Assembly: GCA_043799545.1 (NCBI GenBank)
Contig: JAZDNO010000006.1
Location: forward strand, 64,001 to 128,000
Source: Methanobacteriota archaeon
Lineage (GTDB): Archaea; Thermoplasmatota; Thermoplasmata; SG8-5; DAIRED01
Direction of reading: 5' to 3'
DNA length: 64,000 bases
The notes below the pieces were generated by a model that saw only the letters and a program-made list of their open reading frames with translations, was not told the origin of the DNA and did not search any database. This document shows positions 1 to 8,420 of this stretch, piece by piece; the first letter of the stretch is position 1; each line of letters opens with the position of its first letter. A program made the translations under genes and the position numbers.

Positions 1-83
1 TCAATATATCTTTCAGATAAACATTTACCGTCATGATTGGCAGCGTAAGTTCTCATATCCTCAATCGTTTTTTTCTTATTCAT
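1..83 (-). CDS. 5' fragment of a low-GC ORF with zinc-ribbon-repeat-type start (runs off left edge)
   Basis: Manual translation from ATG at 83: MNKKKTIEDMRTYAANHDGKCLSERYI..., resembling the 'TIEDM..A..GGKCLS..Y' start of treble-clef/zinc-ribbon repeat proteins; segment is markedly AT-richer than the rest of the window. Confidence 0.5.
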   Translation of the reverse strand, partial: MNKKKTIEDMRTYAANHDGKCLSERYI

Positions 84-137
84 AGGCAAAGAACCATATC
101 TGGGACCAATCACAAATAATTTACCCGACGTGGGGGA

Positions 138-986
138 CTAATCGTCGAACCCTTCCCCGTACACCTTTCTCGGCAGCCCGTCGTGTATCCATCGCACACC
201 CTCCTCGTCCAGCAGCCCCTTCTCCAGAAGCATCTTCGTTCTGCGAGGAACCGTCGCCGGGCCAAGGACCGCCCCCGGCCTGCGCGGGTCGTCCATGTAG
301 TCCGTCTCCAGCAGGAAATCGCGCCCTTGCTTCGCCGCTTCCTGGGCGTTCCTATCGCTCGCAAGCACCGAGGGCGTTAAACCGAAGTTCTGTTCACGCG
401 TGATGTGGGGTGGCGCGAAGTGCTTGACGACCCGCTCCCTGGCAAGTCCCGCTTTATCGGCCATCAAGGCCAGCTCCTCCCAGACCTTCGCTGTCGCGCT
501 CTCGCAATGGATTACCACGGCGCAACCCTCTCCCTTTGCCACGCTCATTGCGTATGCCATGACGTCGTTCGACGCGTCCATCACGGGCTGTTCGACAGGA
601 AAGTGGGGGCGCCCGACCTCGCCGATGGCCAGCGCCTTTCCCTCCGCGATGTACTCTGCCGCGAGGTCCATCCCCTCCATCATCAGGGCCTTCGCCTCAG
701 CGAGGGGCACCTTCTCCATCATCTCCATCATCTCGACCGGGTAAGGCCCGAGGGTGCAATGGCAGCGCATGCCCGTTTCCGCCCGCACCTTGCGCGCCAT
801 CTCCACGGTTCTGTCGTACCCCTCTCTGAAATCGAAGTTGCGGACGATTGGAATGTCGTGGTAAGGCATGTGAGAGAGGATGATGCGCGTGCCGCCGGCG
901 CGCTTGAACTCCTCGACAGCCGCCACGTGGCGCCCGGATGGCTGGAGATGCATGTGGTTGTCGAGTATCGGAACCGCATCGCTCAT
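138..986 (-). CDS. TatD-related metal-dependent hydrolase/nuclease (archaeal type)
   Basis: DNHMH, AIGEVGRPHF, VIHCE, VKHF and ETDYMDD motifs of the TatD TIM barrel. Confidence 0.85.
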   Translation of the reverse strand: MSDAVPILDNHMHLQPSGRHVAAVEEFKRAGGTRIILSHMPYHDIPIVRNFDFREGYDRTVEMARKVRAETGMRCHCTLGPYPVEMMEMMEKVPLAEAKALMMEGMDLAAEYIAEGKALAIGEVGRPHFPVEQPVMDASNDVMAYAMSVAKGEGCAVVIHCESATAKVWEELALMADKAGLARERVVKHFAPPHITREQNFGLTPSVLASDRNAQEAAKQGRDFLLETDYMDDPRRPGAVLGPATVPRRTKMLLEKGLLDEEGVRWIHDGLPRKVYGEGFDD

Positions 987-1501
987 TCCAATTCCAGCCC
1001 CAGCGTGTCCAGGATCTGCACCAGGACCTTGTTAATAGCCTCCTCGTCGTTCGCGCCCGTGACCGCAATCCGTCCAGAGGGGAAGATTGCCGCCTTGGCG
1101 CCGTCAAAAGGTATTTCGAGGCGCGGCTCCTGCATGGACGGGTCTGGAGGGCCGATGCCGAACGACTCTGCCGCCGCCGCCAAATCGATAGATGACGCAA
1201 TCTTCGCTTCGCAGACGACGTTCTCGACCTGCGAGGATTCGACAATGACGTCGTCAGATATGAGGAACGCCGTCGCCTCCCCAACGCCGATGAGCGTGTG
1301 AGGGAGTTGCGGACCCGTAATGAGAAGCTCGCCGTGCGGAAATGCCAGCACCGTGCACTGCGGCTCCGCCCGCTTCTGAACTCCCGCGCCGAGCGCTTCG
1401 TCAGACACCATTCCGGGAATCCGGGCTGACGCATCGGCGAGGTTGAACGGCCTGGAAAGCTTGCAGACGACCACCGCGGAAACGACAATTACATCGGGCA
1501 T
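983..1501 (-). CDS. Degenerate TATA-binding-protein (TBP)-fold protein
   Basis: From ATG 1501 (GAGG upstream): two TBP-like repeats (VVCKL..FNL...TVLAFPHGELLITG; VENVVC..IDL...AAIFPSGRIAVTGA); stop overlaps the TatD start (ATGA). Confidence 0.7.
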   Translation of the reverse strand: MPDVIVVSAVVVCKLSRPFNLADASARIPGMVSDEALGAGVQKRAEPQCTVLAFPHGELLITGPQLPHTLIGVGEATAFLISDDVIVESSQVENVVCEAKIASSIDLAAAAESFGIGPPDPSMQEPRLEIPFDGAKAAIFPSGRIAVTGANDEEAINKVLVQILDTLGLELE

Positions 1502-1551
1502 GCAATCCTCTTCCGGTGAGTGCCGTGGTTCTCTAATAATACTTTCGCGGC

Positions 1552-2025
1552 TCACTCGATGTTGTTCGCAGAGACTGCGAGCGCAGCCCCTATGGCACCG
1601 AGCGGAAGGATGGCCAGGGCGGCGACAAATCCGGCGGTCCATGCCAGACCGGTGTGCCTGCCAGTGCTCTCCACGGCATCGATTGTGTACGGGATGGCGA
1701 ACAGGACGGCTGTTGAGATGGAGGCAGACAATCCGACGGCCCACGAAGTGACGATGGCCCTCTTCATATTCTCGAATGCCAGGCCGATGCCGGCTCCTGC
1801 GACGACCGGGGCTCCCATGATGATGACCAGCCCCCACCAGGAATCGAAGGTGCTCCAGTCCAGCTCCAGCGCCGAATAGAGGAAGAATGCCGTCGTTTCG
1901 AGGGCGAAAGCCAGAGGGACCGCCAAGCCGAGCCACAGCTTAGGGAGGACGAGCGTTTGCTCAGTCGTGCCCTTTCCCTGCGAACTCCAATGGGCAAGGG
2001 TTCCAGCCTCTTCATCCTCCGCCAT
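1552..2025 (-). CDS. Hypothetical integral membrane protein (about 4 TM)
   Basis: MAEDEE... start overlapping the upstream stop (TGATG); four hydrophobic segments. Confidence 0.7.
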   Translation of the reverse strand: MAEDEEAGTLAHWSSQGKGTTEQTLVLPKLWLGLAVPLAFALETTAFFLYSALELDWSTFDSWWGLVIIMGAPVVAGAGIGLAFENMKRAIVTSWAVGLSASISTAVLFAIPYTIDAVESTGRHTGLAWTAGFVAALAILPLGAIGAALAVSANNIE

Positions 2026-2510
2026 CACGATGCCTCCAGCGGAACGCTCTGGGATCCCGCGAGCGCCGAGCCGCTGCCCCTGTCTGGTACGTTGACCCAA
2101 ATCCAGTAATCGACGACGATTCCCTCGTCGTTTGCCAGCGCGGCAAATTGCTCGGCGGTTACGGGGACGGACGAAGTGTCGATGTCCGAAACACCCCGCA
2201 TGAATGTTTTATCGACCGAGCCCGTGAGGCTCAAAGCCACTCCATTCGCGCTCAAGTTGAACCAATACTCCCCCGGTTTGGTCGAGAGCCGGTCTGGTGA
2301 TGTATACCTGAACGTCAAGACCAGGATGTGCACTCCGTTTGTCGTATGCAAGCTGGCGTTTTCAATCTCCAGCCCGGCGCCGAACCCTTTTTTGCACACG
2401 TCGATGTACTGGATTACGCTGTACGGGAGGACGGCGCACGCGGTGACGGAAGCGGCGACGAACATGACGACGAAGACGGAGTGGCGCGATTTCACAATCT
2501 CGGATGGCAA
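2025..2510 (-). CDS. Hypothetical membrane-anchored protein
   Basis: N-terminal hydrophobic anchor followed by a beta-rich soluble domain; coupled to the downstream gene. Confidence 0.6.
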   Translation of the reverse strand: MPSEIVKSRHSVFVVMFVAASVTACAVLPYSVIQYIDVCKKGFGAGLEIENASLHTTNGVHILVLTFRYTSPDRLSTKPGEYWFNLSANGVALSLTGSVDKTFMRGVSDIDTSSVPVTAEQFAALANDEGIVVDYWIWVNVPDRGSGSALAGSQSVPLEAS

Positions 2511-2546
2511 AGGGGGGAATTAAGCTTGCCGGAAAAGGCGCAATTC

Positions 2547-2553
2547 ATTTATA
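2547..2553 (+). promoter_or_regulatory. Putative TATA box for small ORF at 2583
   Basis: TTTATAT about 30 nt upstream of ATG 2583, with a purine-rich BRE-like stretch upstream. Confidence 0.45.
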
Positions 2554-2582
2554 TGCAGTGAAGGATGATTTGCTTGAACCCC

Positions 2583-2723
2583 ATGAGCACCAGGAGAAAA
2601 ATTGGAGACGGCGCCCTCAAGGGAGCTCCGCCCAAGGCCAGCAAACACAGTCTCCCCGCCATCATGGCGGTGGCTGTGGCTATGGGCGTTTACCTCATTC
2701 TATACAAATTAAAAATCGTGTGA
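2583..2723 (+). CDS. 46-aa small protein with C-terminal transmembrane helix (not in ORF track)
   Basis: Manual translation MSTRRKIGDGALKGAPPKASKHSLPAIMAVAVAMGVYLILYKLKIV*; TATA box at leaderless spacing. Confidence 0.6.
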   Translation: MSTRRKIGDGALKGAPPKASKHSLPAIMAVAVAMGVYLILYKLKIV

Positions 2724-2797
2724 GAAGGAAATTTAGTGAAAGGTTTTGCGAGCGGTTATCGGTCGAGAAAGATGGCTCAGTCCGATTTTCTATGCAT

Positions 2798-2926
2798 CAA
2801 GAGCTTTCTTTGGGAGGACTATAACAATCCGTGTATCGGTTGAGCCGAGCTGGGAGAGCCCGAATTTCTTTGCTCCAAATGCTTTCTTTGGGAGGGCTCT
2901 TCCAGAGAGGCGAAACTAAAGAAAGC
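2798..2926. repeat. Direct repeat plus hairpin in intergenic region between convergent genes
   Basis: GCTTTCTTTGGGAGG exact at 2803-2817 and 2881-2895 (23 nt with 3 mismatches from 2798/2876); 2881-2891 can pair with 2916-2926. Confidence 0.6.
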
Positions 2927-2958
2927 GTTTCAGCGCAGCGAGACTCAAAGAAAGGGCT

Positions 2959-3702
2959 TTATTTCATCGTCTTGACCCATTCGTATATCGGCGCCACGAG
3001 CTTCTTTATGCGCTCCTTCTCCGGGGTCATCGGACCGGGTTTCCAGCCCTTCGCAGGCTCGAAGTGGAAGTCCGTGACAGCGCCCACGCGCTCCCTCTCC
3101 GGCACGAAGACCACCTGAAGCGGCATGCCGAATTCGACCTCCCATGGTTTGATGCCGGTGAGGTAGTTGGCGATGGCCACAGTGCTGCCCTCTATCTTCG
3201 CGTAGACGAGCACGAAAGGCAGCTTCTTCAGCGACGAGCGCCCGCTCCACCCCGCGACCGTCCATGTGTGAACCTTCGCCTTCAGGGGGAACTCGACCCA
3301 TTTCGTCTCCTGGAGGTTGCAATCGAGGTTCCAGCAGTTCGTCCTCGGGGGCACCCAGGCCGCGCCGCACTTCGGGCACTTCGTGCCGACGAGCTTTCCC
3401 TTCAATAAATTCCTGAAGAACCGACTGTTCTGGCCGTGGCGGATGGTGTAGAGCTGGTCGTAGTGCAGGAACTGGTTGAAATCCACGTCGTTATCGGCAA
3501 TCTCGTATCCGACGAAGTTCAGCCCCGGTTCCGTGACGCCCTCTGGTCTGAACCATGTCTGCTTGTGGAACCCCGGCCCCTTCTTGTACGCCTTGTCCCG
3601 CGGGTCCTTCACAACAACGGTCTTCTTCGCGACAACAGAGCCAACATTCTTGGATGGTTTCACCGTCTTCTTCTGAACCTTCTTCACGCTCTTTTTAGCC
3701 AT
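2959..3702 (-). CDS. DUF35-family Zn-ribbon/OB-fold protein (thiolase partner) with Lys-rich N-terminal extension
   Basis: GTKCPKCGAAWVPPRTNC, VHTWT, PFVLVYAKIEG and GMPLQVVF motifs; GGAGG before ATG 3702; directly downstream of the thiolase-like gene. Confidence 0.85.
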   Translation of the reverse strand: MAKKSVKKVQKKTVKPSKNVGSVVAKKTVVVKDPRDKAYKKGPGFHKQTWFRPEGVTEPGLNFVGYEIADNDVDFNQFLHYDQLYTIRHGQNSRFFRNLLKGKLVGTKCPKCGAAWVPPRTNCWNLDCNLQETKWVEFPLKAKVHTWTVAGWSGRSSLKKLPFVLVYAKIEGSTVAIANYLTGIKPWEVEFGMPLQVVFVPERERVGAVTDFHFEPAKGWKPGPMTPEKERIKKLVAPIYEWVKTMK

Positions 3703-3703
3703 T

Positions 3704-4954
3704 TCAAGGCCTCCTGATGATAAAGTTGGAGATGCTCGTTCCCGTGCCCGCATGACTGTTGACGATGCCGCATTCCGCGTTGTCGACTGTCGTCTTCTTG
3801 CTCACGTGCTTCTTGGTCGCCAGGCCGCCGAGCTGGTAATGAGCCTCGATTGCGCTCATAATGCCCGTCGCCCCAACTGGGTGCCCATAACCTATCAGCC
3901 CGCCGCCTGGGTTCATCGGGATGCTGCCGTCCATCGTAGTCTCTCCGTCGCGGAGGAACTTTGCGATATTGTCCTTGGTCGCCAAACCGAGCGCCTTGTA
4001 AATCTGCGCCTCCGACGTGGTGAACGCGTCGTGAATCTCCCCGAAGTCCAGCTCCTTCTTCGGGTTCGTGATGCCGGCCATTTTGTAAGCGTCTTCGGCC
4101 GACTTGCGGCAGGCTCCGAACTCGGTCATGTCCGGGTAACCCTTTCCGTAGAGCTTCTCCCAGGATGGATAGCCGCAGCGGTCCCCCGCGCGTATGGTGC
4201 AACTGGAGAGGCCCATGCCATCGATGACCGTGTAGTTGTCCGGAGCGTGCTGCTTCGCATACTCCTCGGTTGTCACCAGCATGAACGCAGTCCCGCGGGT
4301 CATCATGCAACAGTCGTATTTCTTAATGGGATAGGCGATAAGGCCAGAGTTCATCACGTCGTCGACGGTGATGTATCGGTGGTCGTTGCGGTACCACTGG
4401 GCTTTGGGGTTGTCCATGGCGTTGTTCTTGTTCTTCACTGCGATTGTCGCCACGTCCTCTTCCTTGAGCTTGTTCTCCTTCATCCACTTGTTCGCCATCG
4501 CGGCATAGTATATCGGGTAGATGCCGCCGACCATCAGCTCGTATCTCACGTCCGATGCGAGGGCGATGAACTCGGAGCCCTGCGACTGGCGAACCGAGTC
4601 CATGGTCTCCCAACCGACGATACCGACGACGTCGTGGTGGCCGGACATGATCGCAAGCGCCGCCCCATAAAGGGCGGATCCGCCTGTGTTCCCGCCGTTC
4701 TCAATCCTGATGTGCGGGAGGCCGCAGAGGCCCAGGTGGTCATGGATGATCCATTCCGAGCAAAGCTGGTGGCCGAAGTGCACCGAGAAGTGCGAGTATA
4801 TCATGAAGTCCAGGTCTTTCAGGTGGAAATCGGGGACGTCCTTCTGCGTCTCCCTAATGCAATCGGCCGCACCCTTCTCAACGTTCTCGAAGCCAGTTGG
4901 ACCGTAGTCGAACGGCGTCGTCGCTCCCCCAACTATGCAGACTTTCCTTGCCAT
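3704..4954 (-). CDS. SCP-x-type thiolase-superfamily protein lacking the nucleophilic Cys
   Basis: EIHDAFT and NPGGGLIGYGHPVGATG motifs; N-domain reads RIENGGNTGG where thiolases have E-x-x-C-x-S/T-G. Confidence 0.85.
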   Translation of the reverse strand: MARKVCIVGGATTPFDYGPTGFENVEKGAADCIRETQKDVPDFHLKDLDFMIYSHFSVHFGHQLCSEWIIHDHLGLCGLPHIRIENGGNTGGSALYGAALAIMSGHHDVVGIVGWETMDSVRQSQGSEFIALASDVRYELMVGGIYPIYYAAMANKWMKENKLKEEDVATIAVKNKNNAMDNPKAQWYRNDHRYITVDDVMNSGLIAYPIKKYDCCMMTRGTAFMLVTTEEYAKQHAPDNYTVIDGMGLSSCTIRAGDRCGYPSWEKLYGKGYPDMTEFGACRKSAEDAYKMAGITNPKKELDFGEIHDAFTTSEAQIYKALGLATKDNIAKFLRDGETTMDGSIPMNPGGGLIGYGHPVGATGIMSAIEAHYQLGGLATKKHVSKKTTVDNAECGIVNSHAGTGTSISNFIIRRP

Positions 4955-5123
4955 GCGAAATCCTCCGAAAAGGCGCGGCACGCTGGCCGCGACCCCCCTA
5001 ATGAATCCAGAAAGAGGGCGTTCGATAAAATAGTTTCGGTATGGGGATGCGAGACTAGCCCGAATGGAAGTGCCAGTTGCCCAAAATAATATAAACGCTT
5101 CAAACGTTTGCGGTTCCGATACC

Positions 5124-5330
5124 ATGGAATGCAAATCCCAGTCGAACAAGAAGGATTGCAACTGCACTTACGAGCCATGCCATCGGAAAGGTGTGTGCTG
5201 TGATTGCCTAGCGTTTCACCTAAGGTCTCGCGAATTGCCAGCATGCTGCTTCCCCGCCGAGGTCGAGCGCACCTACGACCGGAGCTTCGGGCGCTTCGCG
5301 GAGTGCGTTAAAAACGGTCAATTGCCGTAA
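5124..5330 (+). CDS. Small Cys-rich protein (DUF6485-like)
   Basis: CNCTYEPCHRKGVCCDCLAFH..RELPACCF..E.TYDRSF pattern; AATATAAA about 30 nt upstream. Confidence 0.7.
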   Translation: MECKSQSNKKDCNCTYEPCHRKGVCCDCLAFHLRSRELPACCFPAEVERTYDRSFGRFAECVKNGQLP

Positions 5331-5860
5331 TTGATTACGTATTCGCAATAAACATCGCCCTTGAGCTGGCAACGTTGCTTGGTGACCGTGCCCTTCGTGT
5401 GCGTCATCTCCAATGCCCCCTCGCACACCCCAACCCAGGAATCGCAGGAAACATCGACTCGGTTCACGTCGTAGAGCTTGAGCGAGATTCTGTTTTTTAT
5501 GCTGGTGTCCACCCGCACCTGACCGAACGTATACACTTCGCTGTAATTCTTCGGAAAGCTCTCGGCGAGTATCTTGGGACTCGCATATCTGACCAGCCAT
5601 CCAAGCAGACCGAGGTTCTTAACGACGAACTTACCCGCCTCGATTATGCTCTCGCGCCCGTATGTGCGCTCCAGCCATCGCAGTACGTTCTCCCTGTACG
5701 CATCTGGATAGTAAAGCCCGTCTTTGACGGCCTCCGCCAATCCCAAGTCGGCGATGCAGCTCTCCAGCCCCTGCTGGCCCCACTTCTTCTCGACGAACTT
5801 GAGATATGCGTTAACGACCGAGCCCCTGACGCTTCTTTCCACCATGGTAACGATATCCAT
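5318..5860 (-). CDS. HNOB/V4R-like ligand-binding protein (TIGR02265-like)
   Basis: VRGSVV..YLKFV..KWG start, YYPD, and C-terminal CQLKGDVYCEYVI V4R-type motif. Confidence 0.65.
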   Translation of the reverse strand: MDIVTMVERSVRGSVVNAYLKFVEKKWGQQGLESCIADLGLAEAVKDGLYYPDAYRENVLRWLERTYGRESIIEAGKFVVKNLGLLGWLVRYASPKILAESFPKNYSEVYTFGQVRVDTSIKNRISLKLYDVNRVDVSCDSWVGVCEGALEMTHTKGTVTKQRCQLKGDVYCEYVINYGN

Positions 5861-5961
5861 ATTCCTGTGGGGTGTAAAAAAGTTTGTCTTTTAGAGGGAA
5901 AATCGTCCAGCGCACTCGACACCTTAAAATATCGTCATCATCTATTCCCGCGCGTGGAAGC

Positions 5962-7254
5962 ATGCTAGACCCCAAGCTCGTCCGCGAGAACCCCGATGTC
6001 ATCAGACGCGACCTGGAGAAGCGCAACGACGGCGCAAAGCTTGAATTGCTGGGACAGGTCGTCGCGCAGGATGCCGAGTGGCGCAAGCTGACCGAAGAGG
6101 TCAACAATCTCAGGCACGAGAGGAACGACATCGCCAGGAAGATAGCCGAGACGAAGAAGGCAAAGGGCGACGCGACCGCACTGATGGAGAGAGCCGCAGA
6201 AATACCCAGGAAAATCGACGAGGCAGGCGCGCGCCTGGACGAGCTGAGGCACGCCGTTGACGCCGGGTTGATGAGGCTGCCGAACATCCTGCACGAGAGC
6301 GTGCCCGTGGGGAAGGACGATGTGGCAAACGTCGTCGTGATGTCGTGGGGGGAGCCCAGGGCGTTCGACTTCGAGCTGAAGAACCACGGTGAGCTGGCTG
6401 AGGCGCTGGGGCTGGCCGACTTCGACCGCGCGGCGAGGATATCCGGGGCCGGATTCAACTATCTGAAAGGCGACCTCGCGCTCCTCGACCTGGCACTGGT
6501 GAACTATGCCGTCCATTTCATGACCTCAAAGGGATACACGCTCGTGGAGCCCCCGTACATGATGCGGCGCGAGGCATACGAAGGAGTCACAGATCTTTCT
6601 GATTTCGAGAACGTGATGTACAAAATAGAGGGCGAGGATCTCTACATGATAGCAACATCCGAGCATCCGATGGCGGCTATGTACATGGGTGAAATAATCG
6701 ACGAGGACTTGCTACCCATCAAGCTCGTCGGGATGTCCCCGTGCTTCAGAAGGGAGATTGGCGCCCGCGGCGTGGACACCAAGGGCCTTTTCCGCATGCA
6801 CCAGTTCAACAAGGTGGAGCAGTTCATCTTCTGCCGTCCGGAGGACTCCTGGAAGTTCCACGAGGAGCTCCAGTCCAACAGCGAGGAGATGATAAAAGGG
6901 CTGGGCCTGCCCTTCCGCGTCGTGAACGTCTGCACCGGGGACATTGGCACGCTGGCCGCAAAGAAGTACGACATCGAGGTGTGGTTCCCCAGGCAGGGGA
7001 AGTATGGCGAGGTGACGTCGTGCTCCAACGACACCGATTACCAGGCCAGGCGCCTCGGTATAAGGTACGGAAAACACGGCGGCGAGAAGAAGGGAGTGCC
7101 GCACACCCTCAACAACACCGCAATAGCGACGTCGCGCATCATGGTCGCCATCCTTGAGAATTGCCAGAACGCGGACGGAAGCGTCACAATCCCGGAGGCT
7201 CTGCGCAAGTACATGGGCGGAAAAGATAGGATGCCGGAAGGGGGGTCGGGATGA
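5962..7254 (+). CDS. serS: Seryl-tRNA synthetase (bacterial/canonical type)
   Basis: MLDPKLVREN start, coiled-coil arm, ATSEHP, CFRREIG, HQFNKVEQF, EVTSCSN and HTLNNT class II motifs. Confidence 0.97.
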   Translation: MLDPKLVRENPDVIRRDLEKRNDGAKLELLGQVVAQDAEWRKLTEEVNNLRHERNDIARKIAETKKAKGDATALMERAAEIPRKIDEAGARLDELRHAVDAGLMRLPNILHESVPVGKDDVANVVVMSWGEPRAFDFELKNHGELAEALGLADFDRAARISGAGFNYLKGDLALLDLALVNYAVHFMTSKGYTLVEPPYMMRREAYEGVTDLSDFENVMYKIEGEDLYMIATSEHPMAAMYMGEIIDEDLLPIKLVGMSPCFRREIGARGVDTKGLFRMHQFNKVEQFIFCRPEDSWKFHEELQSNSEEMIKGLGLPFRVVNVCTGDIGTLAAKKYDIEVWFPRQGKYGEVTSCSNDTDYQARRLGIRYGKHGGEKKGVPHTLNNTAIATSRIMVAILENCQNADGSVTIPEALRKYMGGKDRMPEGGSG

Positions 7255-7814
7255 AACCTGGAACGGCAAAAGAGGCCACAGTTCAATTCCGATCCATCGA
7301 AGAGCCAGAGATAGTGAAGATCCATGGATACCAGAATGGGGATTGCAGGGAGGAACTGTCCGGCATATTCAGGTTCGAGGAACCGTGGGCTCCGATGAGC
7401 AGGGCTCAGATAAAGGAGAAGCTGGACGAGCAACGAAAGGAGCGCAGAAGCGCTTTCTTCGGCCTTTTTTTGCCCGAAGGCGAATTTGTAGGTCTGGCAT
7501 CTTTCACATCAAGGTGGGACCCTTGGTGCCCGCGCTTTGAAATCATCGTTTGGCCCGAATGCAGAAGGAAAGGCTTCGGGAGGTCGGCAGCGCAGAACAT
7601 GCTCTCAAAAATTTTCGGCGACCATTTGTCCAACGCGACATCGACCAGCGTGCCTGAGTGGTCCAAGCCGGCGCGTGCATTCGTCGAATCCCTGGGATTC
7701 AGTGCCTGCGGCCGGATGCGGCGAGCCGGCATCAGGGGCGGCAAGTTCTACGACATGGTGTGCTACGATTTACTCAAGCGGGAATATCTGGCCGGCAAGA
7801 AGGGGGTGGGGTGA
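7251..7814 (+). CDS. RimJ/RimL-type GNAT acetyltransferase (type A)
   Basis: IIVWPECRRKGFG acetyl-CoA motif, C-terminal YDMVCYDLLKREY; ATGA overlap with serS. Confidence 0.85.
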   Translation: MKPGTAKEATVQFRSIEEPEIVKIHGYQNGDCREELSGIFRFEEPWAPMSRAQIKEKLDEQRKERRSAFFGLFLPEGEFVGLASFTSRWDPWCPRFEIIVWPECRRKGFGRSAAQNMLSKIFGDHLSNATSTSVPEWSKPARAFVESLGFSACGRMRRAGIRGGKFYDMVCYDLLKREYLAGKKGVG

Positions 7815-8374
7815 TGGACGTCCTTGTCGGCAAAACGGTGCGGCTCAGGCCGATGAAGGATTCGGATTACGAATATTTCGCGTCTTTGAAGAACGACCTT
7901 CGGACGCAGGCCTGGAACCAGCGCACGCCGATGTGCAGGACCGCCCAGCAGATGAAGGAGCATTACGAGACCGAGAGGAAGAAGCCACACACCGGGGACT
8001 TTTCCATCGAGACGCTGGACGGGGCGCTCGTGGGTACGATTGGATATGGCGAGGACCCTCCTAGGCTGGCTGCCCACGTCGGCGTCATCACCGGCATGGA
8101 ACATTGGGGAAAGGGGTATGCGCTGGAGGCGCACGAACTGCTGCTGCGATTCCTATTCGAGGAAAGGGGAATCCAGGTCGTTCGCCTATGGACGCAATCT
8201 GGCAACGAGCGCGGGATAGCCGCGGCGGAGAAAATCGGGTTCAAAGTTCAGAGCCGATTCAGGGAGAACGGAATAATCGGGGGAAAGCCCGCCGACAACG
8301 TGTACATGGACATGCTGCGCGAGGAATATTTCAAAGCCAGAGGCCTCAAGGACAACCTGCCACCACGCCGCTGA
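7814..8374 (+). CDS. RimJ/RimL-type GNAT acetyltransferase (type B)
   Basis: GKTVRLRP, HWGKGYA, N.RGI..AEKIGF and MDMLREEY motifs; TGATG overlap. Confidence 0.9.
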   Translation: MDVLVGKTVRLRPMKDSDYEYFASLKNDLRTQAWNQRTPMCRTAQQMKEHYETERKKPHTGDFSIETLDGALVGTIGYGEDPPRLAAHVGVITGMEHWGKGYALEAHELLLRFLFEERGIQVVRLWTQSGNERGIAAAEKIGFKVQSRFRENGIIGGKPADNVYMDMLREEYFKARGLKDNLPPRR

Positions 8375-8420
8375 CCGGACAACCGAAGATATTTCTACCA
8401 ATTCAGGCATCGCTCGGGCG

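Noticed and set aside
2798-2898. Possible CRISPR mini-array
   Set aside because: Only two imperfect 23-nt copies, a 55-nt spacer, and no cas genes or leader
2730-2930. Known riboswitch (SAM-I, glycine, fluoride, cobalamin) or RNase P/SRP RNA
   Set aside because: Only short fragments resemble consensus words (ATCAAGAG, GGGAGAG); the conserved cores are absent
3752-5089. 445-aa plus-strand ORF, and similar long ORFs at 14045-15406, 43974-45629, 47096-48778, 40360-41289 and 62945-63814
   Set aside because: Antisense shadows of well-supported genes; high GC and codon bias suppress stops, and the translations carry no family motifs
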